Source of the DNA: an uncultured Nitrospinota bacterium
GTDB taxonomy: Bacteria; Tectomicrobia; Entotheonellia; J063; CAVPRW01
Reading direction: 5' to 3'
DNA length: 64,000 nt
Assembly (NCBI GenBank): GCA_963707985.1
Contig: CAVPRW010000039.1
Location: 1-64,000, forward strand
The notes beneath the pieces were generated by a model. That model made no database searches, was not told where the DNA came from, and saw only the letters and a program-made list of their open reading frames with translations. This document shows positions 40,639-50,577 of this stretch, piece after piece (position 1 is the first letter of the stretch; the number at the start of each line of letters is the position of its first letter). The position numbers and the translations under genes were made by a program.

Positions 40639-41949
40639 ATGGCGAAGCCGAAGCGCTTTCACTTGGGCTGGTTCGTGAACTTCACTGTCAACGCATGGAA
40701 CGATCCGTGGGCGGATAGTAACAGTCCAGACTGGACGGGGGGCTTCTACGTTGACATGGCGCGTGCACTCGATCGCGCCTGCTTCGACTACATGATCCTC
40801 GAGGACACCTGTATGGTGTCCGATGCGTACGGCGGATCGTTCGAAAGCTCGCTCAAGCATGCCGTGTTTGCCCCGAAGCACGACCCGGTGCCGCTGGTCC
40901 CACTCATCGCGCAGGCGACGTCCCGCCTCGGCGTCGTGGCCACGATGTCCACGAGCTTCTATCCACCGTTCCTGTTGGCACGGCTCAGTGCCACGCTCGA
41001 CCACATTTGTCGGGGGCGATTCGGCTGGAACATCGTGACCTCGGGCGAGGACCGCGCCGCGCAGAACTTCGGCATGGAGAGGCTACCTGAGCACGATCTG
41101 CGCTATGACATGGCCGATGAGTACGTCGACCTGGTATGCCAGTTGTGGGACTCGTGGGAGCCCGACGCGGTGGTGATGGATCGTGACACCGGCGTCTACG
41201 CGGATGGCTCAAAAGTGCATACGATCGACTTCAACGGGAGCTATTACAAGAGCCGTGGGCCCTTAAATACTGTGCGTCCGCCGCAAGGCCGTCCTGTGTT
41301 TATCCAGGCTGGTGGTTCACCCCGAGGCCGAGAGTTCGCGGCGAAGTATGCCGATTCGATCATCGCCACGGCGACGGGCATCGAAGGCATGAAAGCCTAT
41401 CGCGATGATGTGCGCGCCAGAATGAAAGCCCACGGTCGTAAGCCTGACGACTGTAAAGTGCTGTTCCTCGTGTCACCGATCCTCGGGGATACTGCAGAGG
41501 AGGCACACAGGAAGAGGCAGGCAATGATCTCGGCTCCGAGCTACATCGAGGAGACCCTCATCGGGATGGCATCCATCACCGAAATTGACTTCTCCACCTT
41601 CGATCTGGATGCCCCGCTTCCCCCGATCACGACGAACGGCGAGCGTGGGTCGCTGGACAAGTTCGCGCAATGGGGGAGCGGGAAGACCTTGCGGCAGCTC
41701 GCGTCGGAACGGGTCGACCGGTCAATCGAGCTCGTTGGCACACCGGAGCAGGTGGCAGCGCGTATGGGAGAGGTCATGGACGAAATCGGAGGAGATGGGT
41801 TCCTCATCACCCGCCCAGGGATGACGGGCCTGACCCGTAAGTACATCATCGAGATCACCGATGGTCTCATCCCGGCGCTTCAGCGGCGCGGCCTGGCCCG
41901 ATCGGACTACACGTACGCTCACTTCCGCGATAATCTACTGGAGTTCTGA
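40639..41949 (+). CDS. NtaA/DszA/SnaA-family FMN-dependent monooxygenase
   Basis: RACFDYMILED, TLDHICRGRFGWNIVTS, QAGGSPRGREFAAKYAD, FRDNL. Confidence 0.92.
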   Translation: MAKPKRFHLGWFVNFTVNAWNDPWADSNSPDWTGGFYVDMARALDRACFDYMILEDTCMVSDAYGGSFESSLKHAVFAPKHDPVPLVPLIAQATSRLGVVATMSTSFYPPFLLARLSATLDHICRGRFGWNIVTSGEDRAAQNFGMERLPEHDLRYDMADEYVDLVCQLWDSWEPDAVVMDRDTGVYADGSKVHTIDFNGSYYKSRGPLNTVRPPQGRPVFIQAGGSPRGREFAAKYADSIIATATGIEGMKAYRDDVRARMKAHGRKPDDCKVLFLVSPILGDTAEEAHRKRQAMISAPSYIEETLIGMASITEIDFSTFDLDAPLPPITTNGERGSLDKFAQWGSGKTLRQLASERVDRSIELVGTPEQVAARMGEVMDEIGGDGFLITRPGMTGLTRKYIIEITDGLIPALQRRGLARSDYTYAHFRDNLLEF

Positions 41950-41956
41950 TCTGCCC

Positions 41957-43074
41957 TCAAACGGTCCTCGCGACAGAATCATGACCATGTACGCCTAGAT
42001 TGGTAGCGTTACGCCCTAGCATTCCCCATCGCCCTTGCATGGTCTTCGTGGCGCGGAATTGCCTCAGAATGAACGTCCCATTGATCCGCTGTTGAGCCAG
42101 GACGCGCTGCACCCGAGGGAGCAGCCCCTCGGGATGGGGCAACCGGCAGAGGGCGTCGAGGCTTCGCCTGAAATACTCGTGCGGTCTGTAGATCGTCGCG
42201 ATCACCTTGCGGTACCCTTCCAGAAGTTGTCGGGCGGGGAGGCGGGTGACCATGTTCGTGTAGCCGCATTGATCACCGGTACCCTGATACATCTCTGGCC
42301 TCAGTCGGCCGGTTGCCTGCATTCGTTGGTAGAGGGGCGTGCCCGGCAGCGCTACGACAAGCCCGACCATGGCATTCGGGATCGCTTGCCTGGGTGATGA
42401 ACTCGATCTGGCGATCGAAGATATCGTCGGTGTCGTGGTCAAATCCAATGATGAAACCCCCATAGACCAACAGTCCGGCCTTCTGGATCACCTGCACTGA
42501 CGCGAGCAGAGAGCGCTGGGTGTTCTGATACTTCCTCGTCTCGGTGAGGCTCTCCGTGGACGGGGTCTCGACACCTATGAATACCCAGCGGAACTGGCAG
42601 TCGACTAACTGCTGCAGGAGGGCTGCATCATCGGCCAGGTTGATGGAGGCCTCCGTGCCGTACATAAAGAGTTGGCCGTGCGCCTCATTCCAGGCATGGA
42701 GCTCGGGCAGAAGCCGCTTGACCTCGCGGGTATTCCCAATGAAATTATCATCCACGATGAACACCACGCCCCGGTACCCGGTGTCGTAGACCGCCTGCAG
42801 CTCGGCACAGAACTGCTAGCGAGAGCTTTTGCGGGAGCATAGCCGAGAAGCAAACCATGTCCGCCCACGCCAGGTCATCGTCGGTCAACGGCGCCCAATT
42901 GAGATCGACGAGCCGGACCTCATACACGGGCGGGGTTAGCGCCGCGATCGTCAGGAGTCCTAACGGTGGCATCAAGGCCTTCTTGCCGAATAGGTGCAGG
43001 CTGTATTGCATCCCCCAGTAGGTGGTAGGGAATGCCGGATAGACCAGTAAAAGGTGGGGATGGGACATGGGCAT
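41957..43074 (-). pseudogene. B12-binding radical SAM protein, fragmented, CxxxCxxC region deleted
   Basis: LLVYPAFPTTYWG..KKALMPPLGLLTIAAL jumps to QFCAELQAVYDTGYRGVVFIVDDNFIGN; TEASINLA, VFIGVETP, GFIIGFD; further frameshift near 42390. Confidence 0.85.
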
Positions 43075-43102
43075 GCAGCTCTCCTGCTTGCATGAGGACA
43101 CA

Positions 43103-43400
43103 GGGGACTTATCTCGAGTACCAACTAATCTCAATAATTTAATCAATAATATAGATTTTATTACATAAAATGTCATTAATCTGAAATGTCTTCGCGGGTG
43201 TGGAACTGTGGATTGGTCCATCTGTAGCCAGTATGTCTTGACAGACCACCAAGGCACATCCGTTGGATCAGTTCCGGTGTGACCCGTGTCGCATTGGCTA
43301 TGGCTTCATACGTCGCCGCACAGGTATGTAGGTACTGTTCGTGGATAGCCTTGAAGCCACACCAGTAGGTCCGGAGCGACACCCTTGCCCTCATTGGAGG
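43103..43400 (-). pseudogene. IS1595-family (ISXO2-like) transposase 3' relic with AT-rich end
   Basis: SLRTYWCGFKAIHEQYLHTCAATYEAIANATRVTPELIQRMC resembles FRGV.K.YLH.YVA.YE. Confidence 0.6.
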
Positions 43401-43458
43401 TGGGGCATGCGTTGCTCAAGTAGCCTGACGACGTGGTACCGCTTGCCTGATAGGCGTG

Positions 43459-43487
43459 TTGACATCTCCTGCCCGCTTCACTAGACT
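43459..43487 (+). promoter_or_regulatory. sigma70 promoter
   Basis: TTGACA-17 nt-TAGACT. Confidence 0.6.
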
Positions 43488-43969
43488 AGAGTTCTGTCCG
43501 GACACCTGTCTGGCTGATGCCGATGATGGCCGAGGCGGCATCAGCGAAGGAGTGCGTGCATGAAGAAGCGGCCTGCTAGTCTGTCTCCCGCCTTTGAGCG
43601 TCCGGCTCTGCCGGTGCTTCCTCGTCGCTCCCGGTCCTTGGTCCGCCCCAACTGCTGACCCCGTCCTTCCCCTGTGTCCTCACAACGCAGCTCCCATCAT
43701 CCATGGAGATGCCTCCCCCGCAGAGGGTTGGTGGCCCCATCAGGGTCGCCGTGAGGCGCCCCGTCGGCCCACGACCGTGACACCTGCTTATCCACATCCC
43801 CTCACCCGGGGCACTAGCATACTGCGCGTGCGGAGGACATCCACGAAAGGGGAACGCAATGCCCCAGCACGCAGACGTCAAGACGACTGGACACACGCCA
43901 GCTCACCGCGTCGCGGCCGTTGTAGAGATCGGTGAGCCAGGGAGGAGACTGGAAGCTCGAGTACCAGCG

Positions 43970-44386
43970 ATGTCTGATCGACATCGCTGGCCTGTCATCC
44001 CAACCTTCCTCGCGACCGTGGGCCTCGTTGGGCTCTTACTTGCCGCGATACCCGATGTCACCGACGGAAGCACCTCGCAGGGAGGACAGGTGGGCGTCGC
44101 CTCCTGGTATGGGAAACGGCATCAGGGACGCAAGACCGCCAGCGGGGAACGCTTCTCGCGGGGGAGCTTCACAGCGGCACATCGGTCCTTACCCCTCGGC
44201 ACCACGGTCATGGTCACCAACCTGCGGACGCAGCAGCGGGTGGTCGTCACCATTACGGATCGCGGACCCTACGGGGGCGGCTCGAAGCGCATCATCGACC
44301 TCTCCGAAGCGGCGGCCGCGCACGTAGGACTGCTACAGCGCGGCACCGAACGGGTGCAGGTCGTGGTGGTCGAGCCCGCCTCGTAG
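43970..44386 (+). CDS. rlpA: RlpA-family lytic transglycosylase (DPBB domain)
   Basis: GVASWYG..HQGRKTASGERF, TAAHRSLPLGT, ITDRGPY, IIDLSEAAA. Confidence 0.9.
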   Translation: MSDRHRWPVIPTFLATVGLVGLLLAAIPDVTDGSTSQGGQVGVASWYGKRHQGRKTASGERFSRGSFTAAHRSLPLGTTVMVTNLRTQQRVVVTITDRGPYGGGSKRIIDLSEAAAAHVGLLQRGTERVQVVVVEPAS

Positions 44387-44413
44387 GTCTTATCTCGCAC
44401 CCGAAGGGACCGT

Positions 44414-44665
44414 ATGGTCGACATCTCCGTCGTCATGGAGGGCCTCAAAGCCCACACCTATGCACGGAGCGAGATCACGGACCTCCACGTGCAACAGATG
44501 AGCGAGAATACGGCGTTCGTGAGTGTCAGTCGGGTGCGGTACACATCAGATGGACAGGAATTGGAGCGGCTTGAGGAAACCTACACCCTCCAGCGGACCG
44601 ATGACGGCTGGAAAATTGTCGTGGCGATGATTCACGACTCGGAGACCCTCTTTCGGTGCGCGTAA
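44414..44665 (+). pseudogene. C-terminal half of an NTF2-like protein
   Basis: TAFVSVSRVRY..DGQELERL.ETYTLQRTDDGWKIVVAMIHD; short, N-terminus apparently missing. Confidence 0.5.
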
Positions 44666-44991
44666 GCGCTCCCCGAAGCAGGCCTGAAGTCAGGGACATG
44701 TCAGCTAGTCTCGGTGCTGAAGCCCAAGACGGCATGGGGGAGGCCGAGCAGTCAGGAGGAAAAAGAAGCAGTGGCTCCCCAGGCCGGGCCCCCAGTCGTA
44801 GGCGGACAGACATGCGCGAGCGACACCTCGGTGGCAAGATGGCCTCTGTCGAGCCCCGTTCATGGATCACGCCTTCCGGTGTGAGCGTGATCACAGCGGA
44901 CGAGAGGATCGCCGAAGAGTTGGCGTGAACCTGGTGAGCAACGTCGGCCCCTTGATTGCCGTTACACGGCCGGAAACCGCGGGCCGTCGAG

Positions 44992-45918
44992 CTACTTGAC
45001 CTCGACCAGCTCTAGAGCCTCGCGGCTCGGGCCTTCGATCATCACGGCGCGCGTGTCGCCGAGCTGATAGGGCTCTTCGAGGAACCTGACGCCTTCGCTG
45101 CGCAGCTTCGCGACCCAGGCGTCGAGGTCGGCGACGCTGAGCGCGACGTGATCCGAGACATGCCCGCGCGAGCTGGCGAGCGGCTGGTCCCCCTGGCGCA
45201 TGTACCAGAGGAACGCCACGTCGTCGAACTCGACGGCAGCCGCTGGCGTGCGAAACATCCCTTCCTGTTCGAGCGCCGGCCAGGTGCGATCGGGCCCGCG
45301 GGGCACCTGACAGGTGGCCTCGGTCAGGGGCGTGCGGCTGGTGCGCCCGGCATACACCGGCGCGTGCAGGTGCTTCTGGTACCAGAGCTGCGCACAGAAT
45401 GGATCCTCCTGGTACAGGTGCACGTGGTTGAAGCGCTCGGCCGGATGATTGCCGGCGTATTCCACAATGGCGTCGTCGGGGCCGCGCATGTACCCGAAGC
45501 CGCCGCTGCGGGTCGGCTGCACGCTTGTGGCCTTGGCGTCGGCAATCTGCGCCTGCGTCAGGCCGAGCACACCGTCTCTGCCGGGCCAGGTGTCGCTGCT
45601 GATGAACACCTCTCCGCCGTTGTCCCCGGTGTAGAGCGGCAGCAACTCGACGTCTGGCCGCCCGCGGTAGGTATCGCGGCGGGCGGGTGTGTCCGGAACG
45701 TGCCAGCCGAAGTGCCAGATCGCGGTCTGCGGCGACGTCGCGGGCGGGGTCGCGACCTTGGTGAACAGGATCAGGACGTTGGTTTGCGCCTTGAGAGCCG
45801 GCAGACCGCCCCAGCGCGTTTTCACCGAGGTTGGGAACTGCCTGGCGTAGAAGTCGATCGCCGTGTCGGGATCGACGGAGTTGAGATGCAAATGATGGAA
45901 GCCCGGAGCTGGAAGCAT
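44992..45918 (-). CDS. multi-domain VOC/glyoxalase protein
   Basis: GFHHLHLNSVDP, IWHFGWHV, FNHVHL, DHVALSVADL, EGPSREALELVE; the start could be further upstream. Confidence 0.85.
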   Translation of the reverse strand: MLPAPGFHHLHLNSVDPDTAIDFYARQFPTSVKTRWGGLPALKAQTNVLILFTKVATPPATSPQTAIWHFGWHVPDTPARRDTYRGRPDVELLPLYTGDNGGEVFISSDTWPGRDGVLGLTQAQIADAKATSVQPTRSGGFGYMRGPDDAIVEYAGNHPAERFNHVHLYQEDPFCAQLWYQKHLHAPVYAGRTSRTPLTEATCQVPRGPDRTWPALEQEGMFRTPAAAVEFDDVAFLWYMRQGDQPLASSRGHVSDHVALSVADLDAWVAKLRSEGVRFLEEPYQLGDTRAVMIEGPSREALELVEVK

Positions 45919-46322
45919 AGCAGTCTCCCCGTGGGCGGCAAGCGATGATGTCTTCGACGCCCACCATGACGTCGCCAGTGATGGGGTTCGGATCGCAGAG
46001 GAACCGAACACGCCGTTCTACCGTTCAGTGTCGTGAACCGCTCGAACTGATCCGTCTCAATGTCCCTCAGGGGGCGGCAGCCTGAGGGGTTTGCACAAGA
46101 GGTGTCTATGTGGCCGAAGATATCTGATTATTCGCGGACTGTCCAGTACACTGGAGGCCAGAACGTCAAGTTTTGCGCGGTTGCTACCGGAACCCCCTAC
46201 GTACGCTACCCTCGTGTCAGGAAATTGCGGATTTGAGGAATCAGCAAGCGTAAGCCCGTGGCTGAGACTGAGATCGGCATGAAGCCGACAAGGCCTGCCG
46301 TACCTCCTACCCTTTCGAGGAA

Positions 46323-47207
46323 TCACTCGCGGAAGAAATGGTCAAGTGCGGTGTAGACCTCTTTGGGCGCCTGTTCTTGTGGGTAATGCCCAGCAGGCAC
46401 GACGACGTACTGTACAACATTGGTCGCATACAGGGGCCAAGCTTCCCGCGGCTTGAAATACTGCTCGACGTGGCTTTTGTCTCCCCATAATACCAGCACG
46501 GGGCAGGTGACCTTGTGCCCCGCCTCGAAGTCTGCCGTGTCCATAGTGAAATCCAGTGTGGCCGCCGCACGGTAGTCCTCACACACGCTATGGATCTGCT
46601 CGGGCGTGCAGCAACGCAGATATTCGCCTACCGCCTCGGGCTCGAGCCCTCCCTGACCGTGCATATGCTTCTCCAGCTTCTTTTGCATATAGTACTCGAG
46701 GTTACTGGAGAGTAGACGTTCGGGGAAGTCATAGGGTTGAGCCATAAACATCCAGTGGTAGGAATGCAGCGCCCAACCGCGGGGAAACTCCGTCCACACC
46801 CGGTGGGTGGGGACGATCTCGATGCTCGCGAATTTACGGACGCGGTCCGGGTGATCCAACGCCAGTCGAAAAGCCGTGCGCGCACCGCGGTCATGCCCGG
46901 CGAGGAAGAATTCCCGGAAACCAAGCTGCTCCATGACTTCTACCTGATCCTGCGCCATGCGCCGGAACGTATAGTTGCTATGGTCGGGCAGTCCGCGCGG
47001 TTTCGAGCTGTCACCATAGCCACGCAGGTCGCTGGCCACCACGGTGAAGTACTCTGCCAGTCGTGGCGCAATCTTGTGCCAGGTCACGTGCGTCAGCGGG
47101 TTCCCATGCAAGAGCAAGAGCCCTGGGCCCGTGCCACCATAGCGCAGGTTGATCGTGACCTGTGGATCACTGGTCTGAAGCTGCAGGTGCTTAAAGCCTT
47201 CGAACAT
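46323..47207 (-). CDS. alpha/beta hydrolase, haloacetate (fluoroacetate) dehalogenase-like
   Basis: LLLHGNP, DLRGYG, AGHDRGAR, YHWMF, CEDYRA, GHY. Confidence 0.85.
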   Translation of the reverse strand: MFEGFKHLQLQTSDPQVTINLRYGGTGPGLLLLHGNPLTHVTWHKIAPRLAEYFTVVASDLRGYGDSSKPRGLPDHSNYTFRRMAQDQVEVMEQLGFREFFLAGHDRGARTAFRLALDHPDRVRKFASIEIVPTHRVWTEFPRGWALHSYHWMFMAQPYDFPERLLSSNLEYYMQKKLEKHMHGQGGLEPEAVGEYLRCCTPEQIHSVCEDYRAAATLDFTMDTADFEAGHKVTCPVLVLWGDKSHVEQYFKPREAWPLYATNVVQYVVVPAGHYPQEQAPKEVYTALDHFFRE

Positions 47208-47273
47208 ATACGAGTCTCCTATTGCAAGGGTTTCTCTACAATATGCAGACACCTTGGGGTGTGGACAGCAGCC

Positions 47274-48344
47274 TTAGAGCTCCACGATGGCCCGTCCAGC
47301 GATCTCTCCGTGAGCCAAGGCGTCACACGCCTCATTGATCTGATCCAACGTGTAGCGTCGCGTCACCAGCTTGTCCAGTGGCAGCCGGCCCTCCCGGAAC
47401 CACCGGATGAACATGGGGAGATCGCGGTCAGGCCGGCATGAACCGCCCGGCGCGCCACGGAAGATCTTCCCGACGAACAGATCTCTGGGATTGATCGTCG
47501 GTGGGGCCCCATGAGGCACACCCACGAGTACGGCAGTACCCCCATCTTTCAGGCCATTCACCCCTGGTCGTGTCGCGGCCAGCATCTGTTCCGTCGTCTT
47601 GCCGAGGCCGATCGCATCGAACACGAAGTCGGCACCGCCCGTGGTGATCTCCACAATGCGCGCCACCGCATCCTCTCGAGACGCGTTGACGCCAAGGCTG
47701 GCACCAAACGTCTTCGCAAAGGCGATCTTCTCATCCGTGAGATCAACCACGATGATCGGGTAGGCACCCATGTTATACGCCGCCTGCAGCACACATAACC
47801 CCACCCCCCCAGCGCCGATGACGGCCACCGACTGCCCAGGGCGCACGTGGGCCGAGTTCACCACGGCACCACAGCCCGTCATGACGGCACACCCGACGAT
47901 GGCGGTGATGTCGGTGGGGGCTTCAGTATCGGCCAGCTGCACCACATACTGCTGATCGGCAATGGTGGCTTCCGCCCAGGTGAAGACACCCGTTGGCGAG
48001 CGATCGCCGTGGCGAACTTGCTTGCCCTGATAGGTAGCCGGCCATGGCGTCGGATCCGGAGTACTCTCCAATCGATCACGCTGCACCCAGGTCAGCATCA
48101 CCCGGTCACCCTCCTGGACATGGGTGACCTCCCGCCCTTTGGCGATTACCACCCCGGTGGATTCGTGGCCCAGCACCAACGGCCTGGGCAAAGCCGGGTT
48201 GTGGATCTGGTGGAGCTGTGAGTGGCATACCCCCGTGGCGAACTGTTTGACGATCACATGGGTGGGACCGGGGTCCCCGATCTCCAGATCATCGATTTCT
48301 AAGCGTCCGCCGACTTCGACGTTGATCGCTGCTTTGACCTTCAT
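47274..48344 (-). CDS. Zn-binding alcohol dehydrogenase family protein
   Basis: GVCHS, VLGHE, GCAVMTG, GAGGVG; lacks the structural-Zn Cys cluster. Confidence 0.9.
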   Translation of the reverse strand: MKVKAAINVEVGGRLEIDDLEIGDPGPTHVIVKQFATGVCHSQLHQIHNPALPRPLVLGHESTGVVIAKGREVTHVQEGDRVMLTWVQRDRLESTPDPTPWPATYQGKQVRHGDRSPTGVFTWAEATIADQQYVVQLADTEAPTDITAIVGCAVMTGCGAVVNSAHVRPGQSVAVIGAGGVGLCVLQAAYNMGAYPIIVVDLTDEKIAFAKTFGASLGVNASREDAVARIVEITTGGADFVFDAIGLGKTTEQMLAATRPGVNGLKDGGTAVLVGVPHGAPPTINPRDLFVGKIFRGAPGGSCRPDRDLPMFIRWFREGRLPLDKLVTRRYTLDQINEACDALAHGEIAGRAIVEL

Positions 48345-48642
48345 GACGACCTCCATGCCAGTGAACGCATGTCGCGTGTGCTCGATCGCACCACGCGAGA
48401 TTCGTACAGATGATGTGCTGTAGCAAATTTCCCAGCAGGTAGCGCTCCCCTGCTTCGACACACGGGGGCAGGGGGAATGGTGGCAATTCCGCCACAAGCT
48501 GCTCTGGGGTGCGGGTGGCCCTTGCAAGACCTGCCGTTCTCTCGTATGATGACGCACTCAACACTTCCTGGGAGCTGCTACCTGTTGGTGTACCCATGAC
48601 AGCTTACAGACGATCGGCACACCTCCGAAGATGAAAGCGTCT

Positions 48643-49085
48643 ATGATGCCATGGCGCATGGTAACACTCAATCTCGAACAAAATCACAAACGCTGGGACG
48701 CGCGTCGTGAGCTGGTGATGATGCGCTCTGCCTGTATCAGGTGCAGCAGCTGTTATCCTGGCTCCAGACGCGTGACGGTGTGGCGGCCCGGATCGTATGT
48801 GGCGATTTCAATGCCACCCTGGAGATGCCCTCGGCACAGCTCATGGCCAGCCTCTTTCGCCCGACGCAGACCGCCCCTACCGCTTTTACTCCCCTGCAAG
48901 ACACGGATGGTAGCGTGTCCCATCCCAATTGGGCCCGGTTTGATCGGTGCATCGATTATGTCTGGCTGGCGGGACCGTTGGCTGTCCTTGCCAGCGGCGT
49001 ATGTTTCAACACCCCGAGTTCCACCGATCCGACATTGTGGCCCTCCGACCATGCGGGTGTCTGGGCCGATATGACCTTTGTCTAG
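48643..49085 (+). pseudogene. endonuclease/exonuclease/phosphatase family protein with internal deletion
   Basis: MVTLNL N-terminus joined out of frame to IVCGDFNA, IDYVW, PSDHAGV. Confidence 0.75.
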
Positions 49086-49206
49086 AAACACAGATACGAT
49101 CAGATCGCACGACGGTTTTAATGGTAACCCGAACAGTACGAAGTTGTCGAGTTGGGTGCTGACGGCATAGCGACACAATTTCCCGACGATCATGGTCATG
49201 GGCAAC

Positions 49207-50424
49207 ATGAACATTCGTATTCTCGCCATGGGAACACGCGGTGATGTGCAGCCGTACGTCGCGTTAGGGGTGGGCCTGCAGCGTGTCGGCTATGATGTGA
49301 CGCTCGGCACCACCGCCGATTTCCGGTCGTTCGCGGAAGACTCTGGGCTTCCCTGTATTACTACGCAGCAGGACCTTCGCAGCCTGCTCGCGCACTGCCG
49401 CAGTGCGCGCGCCGCCCGTTGGGCGTTCTTTCGCATGATCCTCCAAGTCACGCCAGAACTGGCGGCAGGGGCCGATGCGCTCATCTATTCTCCGGCGTTT
49501 CTCCTCTCGGTCCCGCACCTGGTCGAACACATGGGCATCCCTGCCCTTCCCACTTCCTTGCAGCCGTTTCTGACCCCGACCCGGACATTTCCCGTTGTGG
49601 GCATGCCCGCTTTGCCGCTCGGGGGCGGGTACAATCGGCTCACCTACGTGCTGGCGGAAGCCTTCGTGACGCTGCTCCTGAGAGGCCGCATCAACCGTTG
49701 GCGTACTCAGACCCTGGGACTGCCCCGCTATCAGGGGTCTGGTTTGTTCTCGGCCTTACGCCAATCGGGTAGGCCGACCCTCTACGGGTTCAGCCCTATC
49801 GTGTTGCCCAAACCTGCCGACTGGGGTGCGCACATTCATGTCACAGGCTACTGGTTCCTGCCGCCCCAGGAGTGGCAGCCACCTGAGGGGCTGTGCCGTT
49901 TTCTGGCATCGGGTCCAACGCCCGTGTACATCGGCTTTGGGAGTATCGCAGACCCTAACCCCACCCAACTGATGCACACGATTTTGGAGGCCATTCAGCA
50001 CGCCAAGGTACGCGCCATCGTCGCATCAGGCTGGAGCGAATTGCAGACCACCGATCGATCGGACAATGTCCTGCTGATCGACAGTGCCCCACACCATTGG
50101 CTATTCCCGCGCGTCGCTGCGGCCGTGCATCACGGGGGTGCGGGGACGGTCGCGGCCAGCCTGCGGGCAGGGATTCCGACCCTAGTGATCCCATTCATGG
50201 CCGATCAACCCCTCTGGGGCCGGTGCGTCCATGCCCTCGGGGCTGGGCCCCCTCCCATACCTGCGGCGCGATTGTCCGGAATGGGGCTGGCACAGGCGCT
50301 ACGACAGATGCTGGACGATGAAGCCATGCGTCAACAGGCACACACGATCGGCTCAGCGATCCGCGCTGAAGATGGGGTGGCATCCGCTGTGCGGGTCATT
50401 TCCAAATGGGTGGCGAACAGGTAA
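49207..50424 (+). CDS. GT1 glycosyltransferase (sterol glucosyltransferase-like)
   Basis: GTRGDVQPYVALG, VYIGFGS, PHHWLFPR..AAVHHGGAGT, PFMADQ. Confidence 0.92.
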   Translation: MNIRILAMGTRGDVQPYVALGVGLQRVGYDVTLGTTADFRSFAEDSGLPCITTQQDLRSLLAHCRSARAARWAFFRMILQVTPELAAGADALIYSPAFLLSVPHLVEHMGIPALPTSLQPFLTPTRTFPVVGMPALPLGGGYNRLTYVLAEAFVTLLLRGRINRWRTQTLGLPRYQGSGLFSALRQSGRPTLYGFSPIVLPKPADWGAHIHVTGYWFLPPQEWQPPEGLCRFLASGPTPVYIGFGSIADPNPTQLMHTILEAIQHAKVRAIVASGWSELQTTDRSDNVLLIDSAPHHWLFPRVAAAVHHGGAGTVAASLRAGIPTLVIPFMADQPLWGRCVHALGAGPPPIPAARLSGMGLAQALRQMLDDEAMRQQAHTIGSAIRAEDGVASAVRVISKWVANR

Positions 50425-50577
50425 AGCCGTGCTGCTACAGAATCGTGCCGTCGACCATACGTTTGCATATGTTGCATCAGGATAGTCTGCGAGTCCCACG
50501 CAAGTTCCAGCCAAGTCTTGCAACACCTCAAGTGTGGGTGCTGCGCTGACCACCGTTTCGGTCAAGGGGAACCAGGC

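Noticed and set aside
43133..43166. ATTTAATCAATAATATAGATTTTATTAC resembling reversed dif
   Set aside because: Needs several indels to match and lies in the AT-rich end of the IS1595 relic.
44670..44990. GC-rich intergenic stretch as a possible structured RNA
   Set aside because: No recognisable riboswitch or intron motif and no long stem found by eye.
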